Below are positions 57,880 to 64,000 of a DNA stretch of 64,000 nucleotides, piece after piece. A program made the translations under genes and the position numbers. The stretch is from an uncultured cyanobacterium. Its GTDB lineage: Bacteria; Cyanobacteriota; Cyanobacteriia; Pseudanabaenales; Pseudanabaenaceae. Every line of letters starts with the position of its first letter. Position 1 is the first letter of the stretch. Location: assembly GCA_963703315.1 (NCBI GenBank), contig OY969811.1, forward strand, positions 2,336,001-2,400,000, given 5' to 3'. The notes beneath the pieces are model-generated. The model worked only from the letters and a program-made list of their open reading frames with translations. It was not told the DNA's origin and made no database searches.

Positions 57880-59315
57880 CTAAGTTTTTCTCAATCTTCT
57901 CAGGTCGATTTTAGCGCGGAGTTCATCTTTGATTCTGGCTAGGATTGAATCTTCATCAATGGTTTCCAAAATTCTTTTAACTACGGCTTTGGGCCATCGG
58001 CTCCCCATGATGCACCGTTGGCGAGATATTCCTTAGTGACTAATCCCAACGCATAGGTAGAGAAACCTGCCACTCCTGCTTGGGCGATCGCTACGGACAC
58101 ATAGCCGCCCAACGTTGCACCACCTGTGACGGGCGCGGCGATACCCAACAAACTTTTGAGTGAGCTTAAACCGAAGTTTGCGAGAAACTCGCTGGCACTG
58201 ATACCGCCCATACCGATCGCGATTTTTTGCATCAGAGAGATTGCACCGCGATTACTCATATTGATGCCATATAGCTTGGATAAAGCCACAATCATCGACA
58301 CATCAATAATCGCACTGGTAATTACATCAACGACAGTGAAAGGATTAACGGCGATCGCAACGGCTTGGGTGATTACACAATTCCAGATGATGCGATTGGC
58401 TTGGCGATCGCGCACAAACATTTTGCGTTGGACTACGCGCTCCTGAACCATATCCGCAAACATCATTGTGTTTAAGGCAATTAAAGATTTGCCTTCGCGA
58501 TCAAGTACTTCTAGAATTTTTAACTTTAAATCTTCAATTTGGGGCTTGCCGTTAACTAGCTCGGCTTCAAAGGAACCATCGGGCTGACGGATTGCCTTAG
58601 CCACAAGGGGCGAAGCTGCTGTCATCACAATCTCGTCTTGGGTTAGTAGTTCTTTAACTCTGTCATCCCGAATTTTGGCATAAATAGCAAGGCGATCTTC
58701 AGGGGGATATTGATCGATTTTGTTGAATACTAGCAAAATCGGCTTGCTTGCGCCCCTTAGTTCCGAAAGCGCCTCGTACTCAACTTTAGTCATATCTCCC
58801 GCTACAATAAACAGAATTAAATCTGCTTGTTGAGCAATGCGTTTGGCAAGTTCCGCCCGACCTTCCCCATCAACTTCATCAATGCCGGGGGTATCGATAA
58901 GTTCAATTCTGGCTTCGCCTTTACCCTGAAATGAAGCTTTGAGAATAGTGCGATCGCCATTGGATTGCATTGCCTCGCGGGAGATTTGCCATTCGGCGGC
59001 TTGCCGACTTGTTGTCACCCCATGCAAGGGTCCAGTCTCGAAAACTTGTCCCCCCATCAACGCATTTAGTACCGATGACTTACCACGCCCCACCATCCCA
59101 AATACCGCAATTTGCAAGACTTGACGCTCTAGTTTATCGAGCATTTGCTGAAGTTCTTCGAGGGGTTCCTCTAGTCCGCGTCTTTCGCGTTCTGACAAGT
59201 CAAGATTGGCGACAATATCTCGTAGAGTACGCTTTGCTTGACGATAATTTAGCTCCTCAAAAATCTCATCAAAACTGAGAAAGTTTTCATCTTGTGGCAT
59301 AACGTTGCTAGGCAT
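57880..59315 (-). CDS. Era-like GTPase + DUF697, with apparent 1-nt frameshift near 57992
   Basis: GMVGRGKSS, DTPG, NKID. The ORF stops at 57981, but another frame continues PKAVVKRILETIDEDSILARIKDELRAKI to a stop at 57880. Confidence 0.85.
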
Positions 59316-59634
59316 AATTATTTAACTTATAAGAGTGGCGGCGCTTTGCGCCGCTACTCTCTTCTGAGTATCGCGACAACAGTAAAGATTCTGTAGGAAC
59401 TATACTTATGATATTAGAGTCTTAAAGAATGCGGTAAGAGGTAACAATTCACTCGCGAATTGTGAAAAAGCTGCTATAAAGAGGTTGCCTTTTGGAATGA
59501 GATGTTGTTAAAGTTGCGAACAAATAGCGCTCAAGCAACTAGTTTTTACTTTTACCTTATTACCTTTTACCTTTTAACTTGTGCCTCACTTACTTTCCCA
59601 AATAAAACCAATAAATATCGTAGCTAGGAGAAAT

Positions 59635-60480
59635 ATGTCCGTATTCAAGTCGTTGGTTAGTCTAGCAGCCACCGCAGGTGTCGCAGGGGCGATCGCTGTT
59701 AGTCCCATATTTACTCTCAAAGCTGAAGCTCTCACCGAAGCACAAGTTTTAGAGCGCTTAGGCAGTATTCCTGTTTTCACCATTACTGATGATAAAGGCT
59801 CACCGCTTTTGGGAGCAGTACCACAACAACCGAATGCTAAGCCCGATGATAGTCAGCTTTTGTTTTTCTTCCTCGGTCCTGATGAAGCTCAGCAGATGCT
59901 AACTCAAGTCCAAAAATCAAATCCTGATGTTGGCAAAAAAGCGCAGATCATCGTACGTTCGATGAACGATGCTTATCAAGTGATCCGTCAAAACAAAGAC
60001 AAAAAAGTTGTTTTTCAGTTTATCCCCTCCAAATCAAGTATTGATTCGGCTCGGACGATTTTGACGGCTCAGGGTGTGGCTGCGGACAAAATCCCCAATG
60101 TGCCTGTTTTCTTTGCGATCGGCGGTCAAGACAAGAATCAAGGCTTATTAACCATGAGCATTGATCAAAATGGCAAGAAAGAGCAAGTTGTGCCTTTCTT
60201 TTTAGATAAGACAGATCTCCAAAATTTGCTCGATCGCGCTAGCAAGGATCAGCCTGATGTTACTAAATCCACAAAGATCCAAGTTGCATCATTGTTTCAA
60301 GTCCTAGACTCAATGGTATCCAAGGATAACAAGCCCAATCCTGAAGTTGAGCGCTTTCAGTTTGTACCATCACGTACTTCGTTTGAGTACATTCTCAAAA
60401 ACTCAAAACAATCCGCAAATCCTCAACTAGCACCTCAAGCTACACCAGCAAACACACCAAAAGTTACTCCCAAAAAGTAA
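59635..60480 (+). CDS. tic22: Tic22-family periplasmic chaperone
   Basis: Signal peptide, L..IPVFTITD..G.PL, VPVF, PFF..K.DLQ; AGGAG RBS before ATG 59635. Confidence 0.88.
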   Translation: MSVFKSLVSLAATAGVAGAIAVSPIFTLKAEALTEAQVLERLGSIPVFTITDDKGSPLLGAVPQQPNAKPDDSQLLFFFLGPDEAQQMLTQVQKSNPDVGKKAQIIVRSMNDAYQVIRQNKDKKVVFQFIPSKSSIDSARTILTAQGVAADKIPNVPVFFAIGGQDKNQGLLTMSIDQNGKKEQVVPFFLDKTDLQNLLDRASKDQPDVTKSTKIQVASLFQVLDSMVSKDNKPNPEVERFQFVPSRTSFEYILKNSKQSANPQLAPQATPANTPKVTPKK

Positions 60481-60524
60481 TTAACCAACAATAAAAAGGG
60501 GCGCTAAGCGCCCCTTTTTTATGA

Positions 60525-62081
60525 TTACCAATCCCAATCAGAGTCTTGATTGTTGCGACCACGATTACTGCCATAGCCAGTCTCACGAGGTTCGCGATCG
60601 CCATAGTTACGATTAGAATAATCGCGAGATGAGCCATAATCACGGCTATCCCGCTCTTTGGGTGCATAATCCCTATTTACATTTACATCTCTTTGATCGC
60701 GTTGATCGCGGGAATAGTCGCGAGGAGATTCACGGGTATAGTCACGATTATTTTGATTATCACGGGTAGCATCACGATTGATATAGGTTGAAGGAGCCGC
60801 AGGTTTAGATTCAGGTGCGCCGCCAAAAGCAATTAAAAGTGGGAAACGCAATAAATCTACAGCGATCAATTCCTCAGATTCATCGATGACAACGAGAGGC
60901 ATCAGTCCTTCTTTGACAAGGCGATCGCCTTTAGTGGCAAGTGGTTCAGGATCTTCAAATAGGGCAATACCTTTATCGGAGCCAAAATGCTCTCTGGTTA
61001 AGCCTAAACAATCTTGAAAACCCCGTCGCCATTCACCGAGACGTTCAGGAGAAGTCGCTAAAACCAACACCCGTATTTTTTCACCATAAACCGCCTTGAG
61101 AACAGAAATTGCTGCCGAGGTAACTAAAATATTTTGTAAGCGGGTTCCCATCGTCCGAACTGCACCACGCCCTGACTGTTCAAAAAACCACTTCGAGACG
61201 CGATCGGCATGAACCTGCTCAAAGGTGCGTCTGAGCTTCCATGCTGGTCCATAGTAATCGGGTAGGGTACGATAACGGTCTAAAAGCTGATCCACCCTTT
61301 GTTTATATTCAGCAAAGGTTTGGGCTGACAGTAGTAATGGTTCAGTTTCTTTGGGGGCTTGTTTTTCAGTAACTACTACGGTTTCCGCGACAGGTTTGCT
61401 CGGTGGCGCAACGAGATTGAGTTTTTCGGCACTAGCTACCAAATCTTGCAAGCTGCCAACCAGATAATCTTTAAAACCTTGAACACGGATCGCGATATCC
61501 TGTGAGGCTCCTGCATAGGTACTAGTCATTTCTTTGTCAAGACGCTCTTTTCGCTTTTCAAGGACAGCGATCGCGGCTTGGAGTTCTTGCTTTTGATATT
61601 CGAGTCGCGCCACATCGGCTTGAGCTAAGCGAATGATGCCTGCCTGTAAGTCATCTATTTGTTCCTGTAAAACTTTAGCCTTTGTGGTTTTGAGATGATC
61701 TAGCTCAGCTTTAAGAGCAGACTCCTCCTGTTTTAATTGAGCAATAATTGTTGATTGTTCCGAAATTTCAGAGACTTCTAAAATGTCTAATTTTTCTGCC
61801 TCTACAGATGATGCAGGTTGTAACTTAACTTCTGAAACGGCTACATTTTCCAAAGTTTCCGAAGGTTTCAAAGTTTCAGATGCTTCGTCAGCGATCGCCA
61901 TAATTTCGGCTGTTGGTTCAGGTGTTTGATCAGGAATATCCTCAGGAATATCGTCACCTATAGATTCATCCCAAGACTCATTAAGGCTTACTGGTGTAGC
62001 GATCGCTTCAGGTGTTTCTCCTTGGTCAGATGGATTTAAAGGATTTAAATTTGATTCTACAGGCAGTTGATCGGACTCCAT
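60525..62081 (-). CDS. DUF3086 protein with acidic N-terminus and R/D/Y/N-rich tail
   Basis: RVQGFKDYLVGSLQDL, PDYYGPAW.LRR, PERLGEWRRG.QDCLG. Confidence 0.88.
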   Translation of the reverse strand: MESDQLPVESNLNPLNPSDQGETPEAIATPVSLNESWDESIGDDIPEDIPDQTPEPTAEIMAIADEASETLKPSETLENVAVSEVKLQPASSVEAEKLDILEVSEISEQSTIIAQLKQEESALKAELDHLKTTKAKVLQEQIDDLQAGIIRLAQADVARLEYQKQELQAAIAVLEKRKERLDKEMTSTYAGASQDIAIRVQGFKDYLVGSLQDLVASAEKLNLVAPPSKPVAETVVVTEKQAPKETEPLLLSAQTFAEYKQRVDQLLDRYRTLPDYYGPAWKLRRTFEQVHADRVSKWFFEQSGRGAVRTMGTRLQNILVTSAAISVLKAVYGEKIRVLVLATSPERLGEWRRGFQDCLGLTREHFGSDKGIALFEDPEPLATKGDRLVKEGLMPLVVIDESEELIAVDLLRFPLLIAFGGAPESKPAAPSTYINRDATRDNQNNRDYTRESPRDYSRDQRDQRDVNVNRDYAPKERDSRDYGSSRDYSNRNYGDREPRETGYGSNRGRNNQDSDWDW

Positions 62082-62123
62082 AAGGTTCTCATCGCATCGG
62101 GCTTACCTATTTTATACCAAATT

Positions 62124-62178
62124 CAAAAACCCAGATTGAGATTGCAGTGCAAAGTGCCGTAATCTCAATCTGGGTTTT
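62124..62178. repeat. Imperfect triloop palindrome
   Basis: aaaacccagattgagattgcagtgc-aaa-gtgccgtaatctcaatctgggtttt. Confidence 0.7.
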
Positions 62179-62343
62179 GCATCCTCAGCAAATCTTGCTT
62201 GGCGATCGCATCGGATTAAGGCTCAGATGTTTTGATAACTCTAAATCTCTACAAAGTTGTGGTACATCCTGCGCGTACACCACTTTTAGAGATAGTTCTT
62301 AATTATGTCGAGATACTTATCGCTATATAATGGCTGAACTAAT

Positions 62344-63618
62344 ATGTCAAACAAACCATTTCTAATGACTAAAAGTAAAGCTACTATTCTTGTTGTTGAT
62401 GATACTCGTTATAATCTTCAAATCCTTTCAAGTATGTTAATTAACCAAGGATATGAGGTTTTAGAAGCTGCCAATGGAACTAATGCAATTGATCTTGCTA
62501 ATGCACATCAACCTAACTTAATTTTGCTAGACATCAAAATGCCTGGCATGAATGGCTACGAAGTTTGTACTAGTCTCAAAAGTCATGTAAATACTCAAGA
62601 AATTCCAATTATTTTTATTAGCGCGATCGAAAATGTACAGGAGAAAGTTGAAGCTTTTTCTGTTGGAGGCGTTGACTTTATAAATAAACCATTTCATCTA
62701 ATTGAAGTACTAGCAAGAGTAGAAACACATTTACGAATAAGCTCTCTACAATTACAACTTCTAGAACAGACAAAATTATTAGAAATCCAAAATATTAGTT
62801 TAAAAAAAGAACTTTCTAATCTGACGGGGGTTGACTGGAATTTGTATGCAGAAATGAAAGAAGCAGTCGAGCGTCAACAATTAAGACTGTTTTATCAACC
62901 AATCGTTAATTTTAAGACTGATTTAGTGACAGGCTTTGAGGCTCTAATTCGCTGGCATCATCCCCAGAAAGGGATATTGCCACCTTCGGATTTTATTGAG
63001 ATTGTGGAAAATACAGATTTAATTTATCCGATTGGTCGTTGGGTCATAGATACTGCTTGTCATCAATTACAAATATGGCAGCAAAATTTTCCTGATTATC
63101 GTAAGTTGACCATGAGTATCAATGTCTCAACTAAGCAACTTACCGAATTTAAATTGGTGGAATATGTTCGTGAAATTTTAAATCAATATCAGATTTATCC
63201 ACAGTGTTTAAAATTAGAAATAACTGAGAGTACAGTAATGGGCGATCGCGATCGCACTTTACAGATTTTGCACCAGTTACAAAAGTTAAAAGTTAAGTTT
63301 TGCATTGATGATTTTGGGACAGGCTATTCATCACTGAGGCGGTTGACCGATTTCCCGATTGATATTCTCAAGATTGATCGATCATTTATCGAAAATGAAG
63401 AATGGGTAATTGTCAAAGCGATCGGCACATTGGCGCTGAGCTTAGGTAAAAGTGTGGTAATTGAAGGCGTAGAAACCCCTACTCAATTAACAATGCTGAA
63501 AACTTTATTTCATAACTCCCTCGAATTGACTTCTGGACAGGGATATTTATTTGCCAAGCCCCTTACTGCGGAGTTAGCGAACGAGTTTCTCGCAAATAGC
63601 TATAAATCATCAATTTGA
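62344..63618 (+). CDS. Response regulator receiver + EAL c-di-GMP phosphodiesterase
   Basis: VVDD, LLDIKMP, KP; EALIRW, LEITES, DDFGTGYSSL, EGVET, QGYLF. Confidence 0.93.
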   Translation: MSNKPFLMTKSKATILVVDDTRYNLQILSSMLINQGYEVLEAANGTNAIDLANAHQPNLILLDIKMPGMNGYEVCTSLKSHVNTQEIPIIFISAIENVQEKVEAFSVGGVDFINKPFHLIEVLARVETHLRISSLQLQLLEQTKLLEIQNISLKKELSNLTGVDWNLYAEMKEAVERQQLRLFYQPIVNFKTDLVTGFEALIRWHHPQKGILPPSDFIEIVENTDLIYPIGRWVIDTACHQLQIWQQNFPDYRKLTMSINVSTKQLTEFKLVEYVREILNQYQIYPQCLKLEITESTVMGDRDRTLQILHQLQKLKVKFCIDDFGTGYSSLRRLTDFPIDILKIDRSFIENEEWVIVKAIGTLALSLGKSVVIEGVETPTQLTMLKTLFHNSLELTSGQGYLFAKPLTAELANEFLANSYKSSI

Positions 63619-64000
63619 AAATTTTCAAGGGCGATCGCTAAATGTGTCCAATGGGTTCCACCTTGCAGAAATACTGTATAAGGCTCGCGTAAAGGACCAT
63701 CCGCCGAAAGCTCTAAGGTACTGCCATCAATAAAGGTTCCACCTGCCATCACCAATTGACTCACATAACCTGGCATCTCTCCTGGCACAGGATCAACGTA
63801 AGAATCAATCGGTGAGAAGCGTTGAAGATTGCGACAGAACTCAATTAACTTTTTGGAATCGCCGAGTTGAATGGCTTGAATAATATCGCAGCGTGGCTCA
63901 AAGGGAAGAGGTTTAACTTTGTAACCTAATTGATCAAATACATAGGCAGCGAGATAGCTGCTTTTCATCGCTTCGCCCACCATTTGCGGTGCCAGAAATA
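63600..64000 (-). CDS. Methionine gamma-lyase/aluminium-resistance (YnbB-like) protein, 3' part
   Basis: DIIQA, SPIDS, MPGY...VMAGGTFIDGSTLELSADGP.R.PY; frame is open to the window edge. Confidence 0.9.
   Translation of the reverse strand, partial: FLAPQMVGEAMKSSYLAAYVFDQLGYKVKPLPFEPRCDIIQAIQLGDSKKLIEFCRNLQRFSPIDSYVDPVPGEMPGYVSQLVMAGGTFIDGSTLELSADGPLREPYTVFLQGGTHWTHLAIALENFQIDDL

Noticed and set aside
1..64000. CRISPR array
   Set aside because: The palindromes are dispersed singletons. There are no regularly spaced direct repeats with unique spacers and no cas genes.

Overview
Chromosomal segment of a filamentous cyanobacterium. HIP1 (GCGATCGC) is abundant and psaK, ndhQ, hmpF, pirA and tic22 are present; the repeat landscape looks Pseudanabaena-like, which is an inference. 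About 50 mostly housekeeping genes lie in short, scrambled units (ispH, psaK, recQ, prlC, rsmI, pheS, cobB, nadK, pdhA), plus one tRNA-Gly(GCC). No CRISPR array, rRNA, integrase or transposase gene was seen. Highlights: (1) A candidate NLR-like conflict module at 23.6-29.3 kb: a CHAT(caspase-like)-STAND gene, a STAND-TM-WD40 gene and a convergent papain-like peptidase ending in Gly-Gly plus a Cys-rich tail, with the WD40/peptidase half AT-rich and HIP1-free. (2) Most intergenic gaps hold a perfect palindrome with a 3-nt loop closed by C-G. These belong to several MITE/REP-like families, and three of them run exactly stop codon to stop codon. (3) A different GC-rich repeat is inserted in frame in cobB. 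(4) A 218-bp MITE with 14-bp TIRs and a 6-bp target duplication splits a vapC toxin gene. (5) A SNIPE/PD-lambda-1-like membrane nuclease and a second tiny membrane-anchored GIY-YIG protein. (6) A desaturase plus CFA-like methyltransferase pair. (7) Two microproteins missed by the ORF track (NdhQ; PirA with an NtcA box) and a frameshift near the end of a DUF697 GTPase. All calls come from manual reading; no searches were run.
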